In this document: positions 48,390 through 58,847 of the stretch, in pieces
How positions within the stretch are numbered: the stretch's first letter is position 1
How the letters are laid out: each line of letters starts with the position of its first letter
Origin: an uncultured virus (IMG/VR IMGVR_UViG_3300025809_000016)
Taxonomy: Duplodnaviria > Heunggongvirae > Uroviricota > Caudoviricetes
IMG/VR virus record: IMGVR_UViG_3300025809_000016
Length of the DNA: 64,000 nucleotides
Reading direction: 5' to 3' (one strand)
Made by a program: the position numbers and the translations under genes
Notes under the pieces: generated by a model
What the model was told of the DNA's origin: nothing
Seen by the model: only the letters and a program-made list of their open reading frames with translations
Databases searched by the model: none

Positions 48390-50132
48390 ATGGCTAATAA
48401 AGATTTAGTAAAAGATGTAGCAGCACTTCACCGTACACTAGTGATCCTTACTGGTGTTCTATCTAGCGAACCGGACTTTATGTCTGAGCACGCTTACTAC
48501 GAGTTTCTACTAGACACCTATAAGCACAATGTAGGTAAGCCGTTTCCTGTTGGAGACTTCCCAACCTACGTATCTGCGGATATGACCTACAGCCTTCTGA
48601 TTGAACTCCTAGACAACTGGGAAGCTTCGTTAGATTGGCCTGCGGTTATGGTAGCAGCGCCTGTAACTTATGCAGCTATGACTATGATGGCTGATGAAAT
48701 CGGAACAGCAGCAGAAGCTTTGATGCAGTATAGTAATGCAGTACCTACTAAACCTAAAGCAACTAAGAAAGGAAGAACTACTTTGATACCAAACGCTAAA
48801 GCAGAGAAGTTAGTAAGCGATTTCCTTAATGGGGATTACATATCTTCGTTATTCATTACTCACCCTGCCTCCGTTAAGTCTCAGAGAGGGTCGCAGACTA
48901 TTGATACGTATGGCGAGTACTGCCTGTCACGTAACAAGTCTACAGCGTTCGTTGATGATGAAGGTAAATCAACAGTGTTCTTGGATAGAGCAGAAGCGTT
49001 ACAGATCTGGTTTGCTACACAGATAACCCACTATGCTTCCTTCTTGCGAGGAGACACTGCTGGTCGGTCTAGGGAAGATGCAGAGGAAGCTGAGTTCATC
49101 GGCAACCTTCTTGCTGGCGTCCACACTGGCAAGTCTGGCTCTACTGAGAAAGACTGGTCTATTGGTGCTTCTGTTAATGTTACCTTCACAGGTGTTAACT
49201 TGCCGGGTGTTGCTCTTAGAGTAGAACCTGTGCAGTTCACGCAGATGGAGATTCAAGGAATGGCAGCACAGGTGAAGGAGCTAAACAAGATTGCCAAGCA
49301 AGCTGAAGGTCTCGGGGCTACTCCTGATTCCGTGGCTCACTCGGAGGGCATCATTGTTAAGATTCCTACACACTTTAATAAGTTCGAGAAGGTAGTAACT
49401 TTCAGTACTTACAATCTAAGTCTAGTAAATATCGATAGACCAGCTGAAGACCTCGTAAAGCAGATAACGACAGCACTTAGCAAGCCTGCTTCAGAGAGGC
49501 CACCTTTGATCTCTTGTCTCTTCCACGGTGTTCCCGGTTCTGGTAAGTCGCAGTTCGCGAACTACCTCGGTGAGCAGCTTGGCTTACGAGTAATTAAGAA
49601 GACTTACGCTGATATACAGAGCATGTATGTTGGTGAAGGCGAGAAGAACCTCTCTGAAGCGTTTGCGGAAGCGACACAAGAGGGTGCTATTCTCCTGATT
49701 GATGAGTTGGATTCGATTGCAGGTAACCGTCAGAACGCTGATAAGAACTATCAGAAGACTATGGTGAACCAGCTGCTTACTGAGCTTGACGGCTTCAAAG
49801 GTATCTTTATTGCTACCTCTAACTTCCAAGAAAGTCTCGACCCAGCAGTACTACGCCGCCTCTTCCTTAAGCTTGAGTTTAAGTTTATGAATGAGCAGCA
49901 GGTGCAGGATTGTTTCGAGTTGTACTTTCCGAAGTTGAAGAAGTCTAAGATTGGTTTCATTGATTACCTGACACCGGGTGACTTCCACGCTATCCGTGAG
50001 GCTAGCATGTTTGATGTTAAGAAGCCTACGGTTAAGCGAATAAGAGAGTTGCTTAATGCAGAGGTGTCTTTGAAGAAGAAGACACTAGGCGCGGTGATGA
50101 AGGCCGAAAGGAAAACAGGATATGATCTGTAA
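48390..50132 (+). CDS. AAA+ ATPase with large unknown N-terminal region
   Basis: GVPGSGKS, YVGEGEKN, LLIDELD, NQLLTELDGF, LDPAVLRR. Confidence 0.9.
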   Translation: MANKDLVKDVAALHRTLVILTGVLSSEPDFMSEHAYYEFLLDTYKHNVGKPFPVGDFPTYVSADMTYSLLIELLDNWEASLDWPAVMVAAPVTYAAMTMMADEIGTAAEALMQYSNAVPTKPKATKKGRTTLIPNAKAEKLVSDFLNGDYISSLFITHPASVKSQRGSQTIDTYGEYCLSRNKSTAFVDDEGKSTVFLDRAEALQIWFATQITHYASFLRGDTAGRSREDAEEAEFIGNLLAGVHTGKSGSTEKDWSIGASVNVTFTGVNLPGVALRVEPVQFTQMEIQGMAAQVKELNKIAKQAEGLGATPDSVAHSEGIIVKIPTHFNKFEKVVTFSTYNLSLVNIDRPAEDLVKQITTALSKPASERPPLISCLFHGVPGSGKSQFANYLGEQLGLRVIKKTYADIQSMYVGEGEKNLSEAFAEATQEGAILLIDELDSIAGNRQNADKNYQKTMVNQLLTELDGFKGIFIATSNFQESLDPAVLRRLFLKLEFKFMNEQQVQDCFELYFPKLKKSKIGFIDYLTPGDFHAIREASMFDVKKPTVKRIRELLNAEVSLKKKTLGAVMKAERKTGYDL

Positions 50133-50541
50133 AGAAGACCTCTTCATGATGGACATTGCTGTACGAGTGTCTGAGGAGTCCAGAGACGAGAAAGTAAGTG
50201 TCGGTTGTGTCATCGCTAAAGATAGGAATATTCTTGCGTATGGCTACAACGGCACCCCCTCCGGATACCCGAACGAGATGAGAGATGTACACGGTGCAAC
50301 CCTGTCCTGCGTAATACACGCAGAGCAGAACGCCCTTGCGAAGCTAGCCAAGTCTACCCAATCGGGAGAAGGTGCTTCTGTGTACACTACTCTCTTTCCC
50401 TGTATGAACTGTGCTATGTCATTAGTTCAAGCAGGGGTAACCCACATATACTACCAAGACCACTACAAGAACATGGATGCTCTGGAATTGTTCAGCGCAC
50501 TAAATATAAACGTAACAAAGTTGGAGAACCACCTTGAGTAA
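50122..50541 (+). CDS. dCMP deaminase
   Basis: GYNG.P, HAEQNA, PC..C. Confidence 0.93.
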   Translation: MICKEDLFMMDIAVRVSEESRDEKVSVGCVIAKDRNILAYGYNGTPSGYPNEMRDVHGATLSCVIHAEQNALAKLAKSTQSGEGASVYTTLFPCMNCAMSLVQAGVTHIYYQDHYKNMDALELFSALNINVTKLENHLE

Positions 50542-52402
50542 CCCCACCTACCGGGCATTCACGCCTTATGAGGAATTCATCTATCTGAGCCGCTATTCTA
50601 AGTGGCGAGATGAAGATAACAGAAGAGAAACTTGGCCTGAAACTGTTGATCGTGTAGTTGACGCTTTCCAGAGACAGACAAACAGTAATAAAGACATCCC
50701 TTGGGGAAGTATCCGTCACGCCATACTGAACAGGGACGTTATGCCCTCAATGCGCGTTATGATGGCTGCTGGCCCTGCCCTAGATAACAACCACATCGCT
50801 GCTTACAACTGTGCTTACACAGACATTACAAGCTACGCCACCTTTGCTGAGTGCCTGTATGTTCTTATGCACGGTACTGGACTTGGTTTCGGAGTTAGTA
50901 AGAAAGCTATCGATAAACTAGACGTAGTAGCCCCTTGCAACGGACGTAAGATCAACTATAAGATTGATGATTCCAAAGAAGGCTGGAGAGACAGTGTAGC
51001 AGTTGCTTGTGACCTAATCCCTAAAGGGTATAAGGTATACTTCGACTACAGCGCAATCCGACCAGAAGGCGCACGATTGAAGACATTCGGTGGCAGAGCT
51101 AGTGGCCCAGAGCCTCTTAAACAGCTTCACCAACATCTGATATCCGTGTTCAGTGATGCTCGTGGTAGATCTTTGTCTACTAAAGAAGCACACTCGATTG
51201 TATGTAAGATAGCAGAAGTAGTAGTAGTTGGTGGCGTAAGACGGTCTGCCCTGATTAGCTTGTCTGACCTCGATGATCGAGAGATGGCACTTGCTAAGTC
51301 AGGCGACTGGTGGATTCAGAACGGTGAATTCGGTCTCGCTAACAACAGTGCATTATATCACAGCAAACCATCACAACAGGAGTTCGCAACTGAATGGCAA
51401 ACCTTAATCGATTCAGGGTCAGGAGAACGAGGAATATTCAATCTTCAATCCGCGTACAGCAAATGCATCGAAATAGGGAGGAAGCCCCTAATAGCAGGAG
51501 TGAACCCGTGTGGGGAAATACTTCTGAGGGATGGTCAGTTCTGCAACCTGTCGGAAGCAGTGATTCGACCGGAAGACACGATAGACACACTAGCAGCGAA
51601 AATTAAGATCGCTTCTATCATCGGAACTATCCAGTCTACCTTTGATGTCTTCAATGGCCTCAGTGATAAGTGGACTATTAATACTAAGGAAGAAAGGCTC
51701 CTCGGTGTCTCTATGACTGGTATTATGGATAACCCATTAACTAACGGTAAAGACGACGGCTTGGATTACAGGCTGGCAATATTGAGAGCACATGCTAGAG
51801 ATGTTAACATTGAATACGCTGAGATCTTGGGTGTCAACCCTTCTACAGCTATTACAACTGTTAAGCCTTCTGGTACTGTATCTCAGCTGTGTGGTGTCTC
51901 TTCTGGTATCCACCCTGCTCACGCTAATTCTTATATTAGACGAGTAAGGAACGATAAGAAAGACCCCTTGACACAATTGATGATTGCTGAAGGTGTTCCC
52001 GGTGATACCGATGTTATGAACCCTAAGACACATGTCTTTGAGTTCGGCATTGAGCGACCTGATTCACTAACGCGAGATGACTTTACTGCTATCGAGTTCT
52101 TAGAGATCTGGAAATCATATAAAGTACATTGGACAGATCACAATCCAAGTGTTACAGTAAGCGTACACGATAGTGAGTGGCGTGCAGTAGGTGATTGGGT
52201 GTTTGAGAACTTCGATATTGTAGGTGGCTTAAGCTTCTTACCTTTCGATGGTGGCACGTACCAACAAACACCTTACGAGACTTCTACCGATCTGCCTGTT
52301 GCAGTGAAAGTGGATTACACTAAACTTCCCGAGTACGAGAAGCAAGATAGTACGACCGGAGACCAACAGCTGGCTTGTAGCGCTGGGGTCTGTGAGATAT
52401 AA
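50534..52402 (+). CDS. nrdJ: Class II (B12-dependent) ribonucleotide reductase
   Basis: RETW.ETV.R, PSMR, YNCAY, FGGRASGP, GGVRRSALI, NPCGEI, CNLSE, TTVKPSGT, C-terminal C....CEI; no beta subunit nearby. Confidence 0.9.
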   Translation: MSNPTYRAFTPYEEFIYLSRYSKWRDEDNRRETWPETVDRVVDAFQRQTNSNKDIPWGSIRHAILNRDVMPSMRVMMAAGPALDNNHIAAYNCAYTDITSYATFAECLYVLMHGTGLGFGVSKKAIDKLDVVAPCNGRKINYKIDDSKEGWRDSVAVACDLIPKGYKVYFDYSAIRPEGARLKTFGGRASGPEPLKQLHQHLISVFSDARGRSLSTKEAHSIVCKIAEVVVVGGVRRSALISLSDLDDREMALAKSGDWWIQNGEFGLANNSALYHSKPSQQEFATEWQTLIDSGSGERGIFNLQSAYSKCIEIGRKPLIAGVNPCGEILLRDGQFCNLSEAVIRPEDTIDTLAAKIKIASIIGTIQSTFDVFNGLSDKWTINTKEERLLGVSMTGIMDNPLTNGKDDGLDYRLAILRAHARDVNIEYAEILGVNPSTAITTVKPSGTVSQLCGVSSGIHPAHANSYIRRVRNDKKDPLTQLMIAEGVPGDTDVMNPKTHVFEFGIERPDSLTRDDFTAIEFLEIWKSYKVHWTDHNPSVTVSVHDSEWRAVGDWVFENFDIVGGLSFLPFDGGTYQQTPYETSTDLPVAVKVDYTKLPEYEKQDSTTGDQQLACSAGVCEI

Positions 52403-52409
52403 ATGAGTG

Positions 52410-52445
52410 ATTCCCCTGACCCCTAAAAAGGTTGGGGGATTCTTA
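52410..52445 (+). terminator. Terminator-like hairpin after nrdJ
   Basis: TTCCCCTGACC/GGTTGGGGGA stem. Confidence 0.55.
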
Positions 52446-52518
52446 TGTTAAATAAACCGAGGCGCAATGCCTCTATAAATAAACGCCTACCGCAACGGTG
52501 GCTAAAGGAATTAGATTA

Positions 52519-52755
52519 ATGAACAACAATACATTCAACGCAGTAAGCAACGCCGTCCTAGAACTAGCAAAGACTCCAGAGGCTGAAGCTTTTCTGCAAG
52601 TCGCTACAGGAACAATAGGAACCCTCGTAGCTAAGACAGCTCTACAAGCAGTAACAAAGACTCCAGTAGGTATGGCAGTTGTCGGTGTAGCCGCAGCAAG
52701 CGCTCTCGCAATAGCCGTCTACAAGAGTTCAAAGGCACCAATAGAAGTAGAATAA
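52519..52755 (+). CDS. Small Ala-rich membrane-associated protein
   Basis: AAGGAA RBS, hydrophobic C-terminal half. Confidence 0.55.
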   Translation: MNNNTFNAVSNAVLELAKTPEAEAFLQVATGTIGTLVAKTALQAVTKTPVGMAVVGVAAASALAIAVYKSSKAPIEVE

Positions 52756-52837
52756 ACCGCAATTCAGGTGCAAAGCCTATCTATTGAATACCAACCTAAT
52801 CGTTTTAAAACAAAATAAACTTACAGGAATAGACTAT

Positions 52838-53872
52838 ATGAACATTACAAACGCTATTACAATCGTAGAACAAATGCTTACTAACAACCTGTCTTTGAAG
52901 AAAGGCGCAAGCAATGCAGCATACCTCGTACCAATGCTTTGGTCACTTCCCGGCGAAGGCAAGACAACTGCTATTGAGGACTTAGCAGAGAAGATGGGTG
53001 CAGACATCCGAACAGTGATTGTTGCTGGTTATGATCCTGCTGAGTTAGGCGGCTTCCCTGTTATTGATAAAGAGAACGAGCAGTATGTACGCTTTGCTCC
53101 TTTCTTTATGAAGAACTTTGCTGAAGACAGGCCTACAATCTTGTTCCTCGATGAGCTCCCACAAGCATGTACTTCAAGTCAGAACATCGTGGCACAGTTG
53201 GTCAATGAGCGCCGTATTGGTGAGCACAACTTACCTCCTCAAGTCGTAATTGTTGGTGCAGGAAATCCGATGGCAGCAAGGGCTGGTACGAACCAATCCC
53301 CTTCACATCTGAAATCTCGTCTCACACACTTAGACATTGAAACGGATCACGTTGGCTTCCGGAAGTATGCTCTGACTAAAGGCTTCAACCCTGCTATTAC
53401 CTCTTACATCAATGATCGCCCTGAGTGGCTTCAGAAGTTTGATGCTAATGTTAATGCTTGTCCATCACCACGTTCTTGGGAGCGAGTTAACTCCTTGCTA
53501 TCCTTGAACCTACCTGATGGAATGAAGCGTGATGCAATACAAGGTCAGCTAGGTGCTGGTGCAGTAACAGACTTCTTTGGTTACCTAGAGATGTTTGAGC
53601 ATCTGCCATGTGTAGAGACCGACATTTTCCCATCACCGGAGACTGCTGAGATCCCTACACGACCAGACCACCTGTACGCACTATGCAGCAACATTGCTCA
53701 TAAGGCCACAGATGACACTGCTGAAGCTTTGATCACCTACATCAAGCGTTTCCCTTCTAAAGAGTTCGCCGCATTCTGTGTGCGTGACTCATTGGCTCGG
53801 ACTCCTACATTGATGAAAGTACCAGTTGTCCAGACTTGGATGGCTACAGAAGGTCGTGACTTACTACTATAA
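52838..53872 (+). CDS. MoxR-like AAA+ ATPase
   Basis: LPGEGKT, LFLDEL, AGNP, PSPRSWE. Confidence 0.88.
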   Translation: MNITNAITIVEQMLTNNLSLKKGASNAAYLVPMLWSLPGEGKTTAIEDLAEKMGADIRTVIVAGYDPAELGGFPVIDKENEQYVRFAPFFMKNFAEDRPTILFLDELPQACTSSQNIVAQLVNERRIGEHNLPPQVVIVGAGNPMAARAGTNQSPSHLKSRLTHLDIETDHVGFRKYALTKGFNPAITSYINDRPEWLQKFDANVNACPSPRSWERVNSLLSLNLPDGMKRDAIQGQLGAGAVTDFFGYLEMFEHLPCVETDIFPSPETAEIPTRPDHLYALCSNIAHKATDDTAEALITYIKRFPSKEFAAFCVRDSLARTPTLMKVPVVQTWMATEGRDLLL

Positions 53873-53886
53873 AGGAGAAGTAAAGT

Positions 53887-55101
53887 ATGGATGCACAATT
53901 AAAAGTTAGTAGAGCAGTAACCCGTCTTGCTTGTACAAACCCGTTCTTCGGGTCTTGTCTAATGCAGTTGGGAACTATAGAGGATCCTACTTGTTCTACT
54001 ATGGCTACCGATGGCACAACTGTGTACTGGGGTAGGGCCTTTGTAGATACGCTGACTGAGGAGGAGGTAAGGGCTGTGTTGTGTCACGAGGTGATGCACG
54101 TAATCCTTATGCACTGCCAAAAGCAGCCTGCACGATACTCTGATTTTAAACTTACTAACGTAGCTATGGATTACACGATTAATCCTGAGTTGCGGAACAG
54201 TGGGCATGTGTTGCCCAAGGGTGTCTTGTTCGATGAGTCTGGAAAGACTGCAGGTTGGACTTGGCAGGCTATCTACTTGTTACTGGAGGAAGTAAAGAAA
54301 CAGCAGGAGGGTGAAGGTCAGCCCTCTGAGGGTGGAGAAGATGGAGAAGGCCTAGATGGTTTCACAGCTTCAGAAATAGAAGCGATGGCTAATGACATAG
54401 CCAATGCTGAAGACCACGTAGGGCCATCTAAGAAGTCGGATTCTGAAACAGAGACCACTAAGCAGAAGATACAGGATATGGTTGTCAAGGCTGTTACTAC
54501 TGCTGAAGGCTCTAAGACTGACTTGCCTGCGGGTATGGAACGTATCTTAGAGGAGATCAGAGAGCCGAAGCTGCCTTGGAATGAATTCTTCCAGAACAAG
54601 GTAAGAGCAAAGTTCCCAGATGATTTCACCTATCGTAAACCTAACAGGAAGTTCTTCGCAGATGATCTCTATCTGCCGACTATGTCAGGTGAGCGAGCAG
54701 GGACAATCGTGTTAGCTTTGGACACCTCTGGATCAGTACGTGATGAGGAGTTAGCCGCTTACTGTGGAGAGGTCAACTGTATTATTAATGATCTTAAACC
54801 AGAGAAAGTATACCTGATGACGTCTGATTGTAGGGTAGCACAGGTACAGGAATTTGAAGGTGACATGTGGTTTGATGTCGCTGACTTTAAAGCGTTAGGT
54901 GGTGGAGGTACTTCTTTCAGACCGGTATTCGAATACTTGGATGAGAAAGAGATAGCTGTAGACCAACTAATTTACTTTACTGATATGGGTGTGTATGCCT
55001 CGGATTACCCGACAAAGCACCCTGATTTTCCTGTTATATTTGTATCAACTGAACCAAATCAAACAGCCCCATTTGGGGATGTAGTCTACTTAGAACTATA
55101 A
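53887..55101 (+). CDS. DUF2201-type metallopeptidase plus VWA domain protein
   Basis: T.ATDG, HEVMH...H, DTSGS MIDAS, GGGGTSF.PVF, FTD. Confidence 0.88.
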   Translation: MDAQLKVSRAVTRLACTNPFFGSCLMQLGTIEDPTCSTMATDGTTVYWGRAFVDTLTEEEVRAVLCHEVMHVILMHCQKQPARYSDFKLTNVAMDYTINPELRNSGHVLPKGVLFDESGKTAGWTWQAIYLLLEEVKKQQEGEGQPSEGGEDGEGLDGFTASEIEAMANDIANAEDHVGPSKKSDSETETTKQKIQDMVVKAVTTAEGSKTDLPAGMERILEEIREPKLPWNEFFQNKVRAKFPDDFTYRKPNRKFFADDLYLPTMSGERAGTIVLALDTSGSVRDEELAAYCGEVNCIINDLKPEKVYLMTSDCRVAQVQEFEGDMWFDVADFKALGGGGTSFRPVFEYLDEKEIAVDQLIYFTDMGVYASDYPTKHPDFPVIFVSTEPNQTAPFGDVVYLEL

Positions 55102-55111
55102 GGAATATTAT

Positions 55112-56257
55112 ATGAATAGTCTTAACATATCTAGAGATTTAGAAGCACAAAGCTACTTCGCAAGCACTATCCAGCCTCTCTGTGCTCTAATTAATCAGCT
55201 GAAGTTCTCTGAAGTCTTTGATAACGAAACGGGGAAGGTATTACCCCATATCGCGAAGGATCTGTCAATCGCTGAGATATCCGCAAGAGAGCATTTAGAG
55301 ATAGTCTGCTATCGCGAGAAAGTATCTGTAGACGCGGTATTAGAAATCATAGAGCGCAGGTTAGACCGTACTAGGGCTAAGTTTGCTGATATGTTTCCTA
55401 CTCCCGCAGATGCCCAAGATGACTTTCAGGCCATTGCGTCAGAGCTGTTTGACTACGGAAGCAGATATGGCTACCGGAGGTTTCTGATGCACGATGTAGA
55501 CTCTGAGCAAGTTGATGAGCTGTTGCTACTCTTACCTAGAGATGGTGCTACTGTGAAGCAAGGCTTGGTAGGGCTTTACGTGAAATCTCTTAAGTCTCTG
55601 ATCAAAGCGCTTGTAAGCTTCACTGCTATAAAAGAGCTGATGCCTACTTACCGTGAAATAGCGGTAAAGCGGAATGAGACCTTTCGAAAGCTTACTAAAT
55701 CCAAAGAAGATCTGACGGATGGATTTTTCGGGTCTTGGTCTCTATCAGGTAGGATAAGCATGAGACGCGAACCTACTTCAAAGATAGAGTTGACTGAGCT
55801 AAGAAGAAATGGAGCAAGACGTGTCTCTGTCAGCGATGAGTCTCTGGATAATATGGGAGCTAGTAATATTAAGATCGCTGCTGACGCTCTATCTTTCCGG
55901 ACTAAGAAGACAGTGATTACAGATGTAAGGGAATGTAGCGTTGAGGAAATTGCAGCTGCTGGTAAGAAGATGAAGTTCAAAGGTAACACAAGTGACGTAA
56001 GGGTCTACGAGATAACACAAGGCTTCGCTATGGACACTCTTGCATTAGAGACCAATGCTTCTCAAACTCACGGTCTTAACACTCGACTAGAGAAGATGAA
56101 GAGGAACACTATTGACCTTAGAGGTTACTTTATTACAGTACAGGAAACACCTACGATGCATTTCCAATCTGTGACGTTATCGATCGGTCGAGGCTTAGGC
56201 TCTACCACGAAGCGCATAGTTGGCGAAGTAATGGACACACTGACTCTATCATTCTAA
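55112..56257 (+). CDS. Hypothetical protein (381 aa)
   Basis: Long ORF with RBS. Confidence 0.75.
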   Translation: MNSLNISRDLEAQSYFASTIQPLCALINQLKFSEVFDNETGKVLPHIAKDLSIAEISAREHLEIVCYREKVSVDAVLEIIERRLDRTRAKFADMFPTPADAQDDFQAIASELFDYGSRYGYRRFLMHDVDSEQVDELLLLLPRDGATVKQGLVGLYVKSLKSLIKALVSFTAIKELMPTYREIAVKRNETFRKLTKSKEDLTDGFFGSWSLSGRISMRREPTSKIELTELRRNGARRVSVSDESLDNMGASNIKIAADALSFRTKKTVITDVRECSVEEIAAAGKKMKFKGNTSDVRVYEITQGFAMDTLALETNASQTHGLNTRLEKMKRNTIDLRGYFITVQETPTMHFQSVTLSIGRGLGSTTKRIVGEVMDTLTLSF

Positions 56258-56272
56258 ACTAAGGAAATAACT

Positions 56273-56551
56273 ATGTACACTATTACTCACACACATGCAC
56301 AGATGAGCGCACTTCTTAACCAGAGTGCTAACGCTGAAATCCAGTTAACCAGTAAGATAGCAGACCTGTTATCATCTCGCTCGGCGGCAGTTTCCTTCAT
56401 CCAGACTACTCAGCTCCAGTCAGTTGTGAACTCTAATCAGCGTTCTATTTATGCGATGGACTTGCAGCTCACTCAGGCTAGGAAGGAGTTAGATGTGGCG
56501 CAGTATAACTATTACTACGCTAGTAAGCAGTTAGCTACCCTAAACAACTAA
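56273..56551 (+). CDS. Hypothetical protein
   Basis: RBS. Confidence 0.6.
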   Translation: MYTITHTHAQMSALLNQSANAEIQLTSKIADLLSSRSAAVSFIQTTQLQSVVNSNQRSIYAMDLQLTQARKELDVAQYNYYYASKQLATLNN

Positions 56552-56567
56552 ATCAACTTTTATCAAA

Positions 56568-56582
56568 CTGATCACACTAAAG
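56568..56582 (+). promoter_or_regulatory. Phage RNAP promoter, class B
   Basis: CTGATCACACTAAAG, intergenic, identical to the copy at 22755. Confidence 0.7.
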
Positions 56583-56618
56583 AACAACCAACTTAATATA
56601 AATCAAAGGAATACAAAT

Positions 56619-56912
56619 ATGAGTAATGATACTTTACGAGCACAAACAATCGAACTGATGACTGGCTTTATGATGGATAACATCTATGCTGGGCAGAATA
56701 TCGATACAACTGAACTCCAGAACACTGCTGCACTGTACTACGACTTGGTTCTTGGTGCAAGGGATGCTATTGCTGCCGAGAATGTAATCAAGGAGAAGCA
56801 AGCGGTTGACGCGGTCAAGGCCGGTTATGTCGATGCTTCCAATCCTACACAGGTGGACTTGATGGGTGGTGCTCGGGCTGTAGAGAAATCTACGTTCTAT
56901 AAAGGAGAGTAG
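56619..56912 (+). CDS. Hypothetical protein
   Basis: RBS after the promoter motif. Confidence 0.65.
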   Translation: MSNDTLRAQTIELMTGFMMDNIYAGQNIDTTELQNTAALYYDLVLGARDAIAAENVIKEKQAVDAVKAGYVDASNPTQVDLMGGARAVEKSTFYKGE

Positions 56913-57091
56913 TATGGGTTTCCAAGACCAAATGGCTGAACTGAGTAGGCGCATTGTCTCTTTGGAACAGCAGGTGATCTTCTTAAAAGGAGAGATAGCA
57001 CTGAGAGATCAGAGAGCTATGAGTGAAGAAGGTGTTGAGCTGCTTAAAGCGGTTGAGCAAATGAATCAGGAAAGAAGGGAGCAAAAGTAGT

Positions 57092-57415
57092 ATGAGTGAA
57101 CACACTTGTCTAGATGTGGATTTCGACGTGACAACAGGGAGCCGCTGTGTTGCCTGTAGAGAACGTTCAGAAGCTCACACAGTATGGTTAGCCACTAGGG
57201 AGTTTCCTGTCTTTGACCACAGCCCTGCTGATGTGATCAGGTACATTCACGAAGGGGAGATGGAGATACAAGCGAGGATTATCGACAGTTTCCGTGAGAA
57301 GTATTGGGAGCAGAACCGCAGGTGTTATGAACGTGATACTACGATAGCTAAGCTAAAGAAGGACATCCTAGTGTTAGAACAAGCCATCGACTGGTTTGTA
57401 AACTCTAGTGAATAA
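57092..57415 (+). CDS. Hypothetical protein
   Basis: Operon context. Confidence 0.55.
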   Translation: MSEHTCLDVDFDVTTGSRCVACRERSEAHTVWLATREFPVFDHSPADVIRYIHEGEMEIQARIIDSFREKYWEQNRRCYERDTTIAKLKKDILVLEQAIDWFVNSSE

Positions 57416-57737
57416 GGCAGAAGATTTTAAGCCTGCTTTACAGTACAGTACAGAAGAACTTATTAAGAGGTTACGTCTGAACATCATACTTCACTCTTGT
57501 GTCTATTATCAATTTGATGAAAGCATATGGAGTGATTTCGATTTCGACAGTAAGTGTAAACAGTTGGTCGCGCTATTAGCGGATCAGCCTAATACTTACA
57601 GTGACCGCTTCGATAAGTTCTTTGTAGACTGGGATGGAGAGAGTGGCTTTCACTTCCCTCACCGAGATCCTTGGGTGTACAGTAAAGCAGAAGAATTAAT
57701 CAGACTAAACAAACTATATACAACAGGAGAGAAATAG
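57408..57737 (+). CDS. Stand-alone NAD-dependent DNA ligase subdomain Ia-like protein
   Basis: H...YY......SD..FD.....L..L....P. Confidence 0.6.
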   Translation: MNKAEDFKPALQYSTEELIKRLRLNIILHSCVYYQFDESIWSDFDFDSKCKQLVALLADQPNTYSDRFDKFFVDWDGESGFHFPHRDPWVYSKAEELIRLNKLYTTGEK

Positions 57738-58134
57738 AATGGGATTATTCTTTGTAATAGGAGCCGTCTTCTTTGGCGCGCTTCTTATACCAGTTTATGT
57801 AATTGATCTATACACTAAAGGGGAGAGGTAGGTGGATGACGGTACCTTTTACTGCTTACTTTATATCGCCTTTGTAATAGCTCTGTCAGTATATGAGATA
57901 TCTAAAGAGGATTAAAACTATGGAAATGAATGAGATGGTAATGTGTTTCGGGTTTGTCTTACTGACCCTCACGAGTGTCATATCAGTACCTTTCGTAGCA
58001 TCGTATGTACTAACGTTGATTAGCAGGCCACATTACCGCAAGTGTTGTAGGTGTGAAAAGCTTAAGCCGTTAGAGTTAACGCATATGCTGTGTGAGGATT
58101 GTATAGATGAATTAGTTAACACAGAGGAATACTA

Positions 58135-58542
58135 ATGAACATAGACATATTAACATCCGTACTTGAGCACGAAGGTTTCAGAGAGAAGCCTTACCAATGT
58201 TCAGAAGGTGTTTGGACTATTGGACACGGGTTGACATACTTGACCGAGAGTGAGTCTGAAGAGATTGTAGCTAATCGCTTAGAAGACTTGTACGACAGAT
58301 TAGAAGAGAAGCACACCTGCTTAGAGAGCTACAAGTACGGCACGAGGGTGAGGATCCTCAATGTCCTTACTGAGATGGCATTCCAAATGGGTTGGACTGG
58401 CCTTCATAAGTTCGTTAAGATGTTTGAAGCTATCTCTAACCACGACTTAGGTCTGGCAGCAGTAGAGATGTTAGATAGTAAATGGGCTAAGCAGACTCCC
58501 GGTCGAGCTAATGGTCTTGCACGTAAACTAAGAACCGCTTAA
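58135..58542 (+). CDS. Lysozyme/endolysin (T4-like GH24)
   Basis: HEGFR..PY.C..G..TIG.G, MAFQMG...L.KF, A.EMLDSKW..QTP.RA. Confidence 0.92.
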   Translation: MNIDILTSVLEHEGFREKPYQCSEGVWTIGHGLTYLTESESEEIVANRLEDLYDRLEEKHTCLESYKYGTRVRILNVLTEMAFQMGWTGLHKFVKMFEAISNHDLGLAAVEMLDSKWAKQTPGRANGLARKLRTA

Positions 58543-58557
58543 ATAAGGAATACTAAA

Positions 58558-58797
58558 ATGAACACAACTATAATCACTAAGCAAAACCCTTTCGGTGGAG
58601 AGCCTCGAACGATCGAAGTCAACCTATCACCAGAAGCGTATGAGCAAGCAGCAGCAGCGTGGAAAGGAGGTTTGTTAATACAACAAGCATTCCCCACCTT
58701 GTCCGCTGATGATCGTGAGTTTATTCTTACCGGACACACCCCTGAAGATTGGGAAGACATGTTCGGAGAGGATGATGAGGAAGACGATTACATTTAG
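58558..58797 (+). CDS. Conserved phage hypothetical protein
   Basis: W..G.LIQ.AFP.LS.D.REFI.TG. Confidence 0.7.
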   Translation: MNTTIITKQNPFGGEPRTIEVNLSPEAYEQAAAAWKGGLLIQQAFPTLSADDREFILTGHTPEDWEDMFGEDDEEDDYI

Positions 58798-58847
58798 GTA
58801 GTACCCGCAGTATCTAAACTAAAAATATATTATTAAGGAAGTAAACT

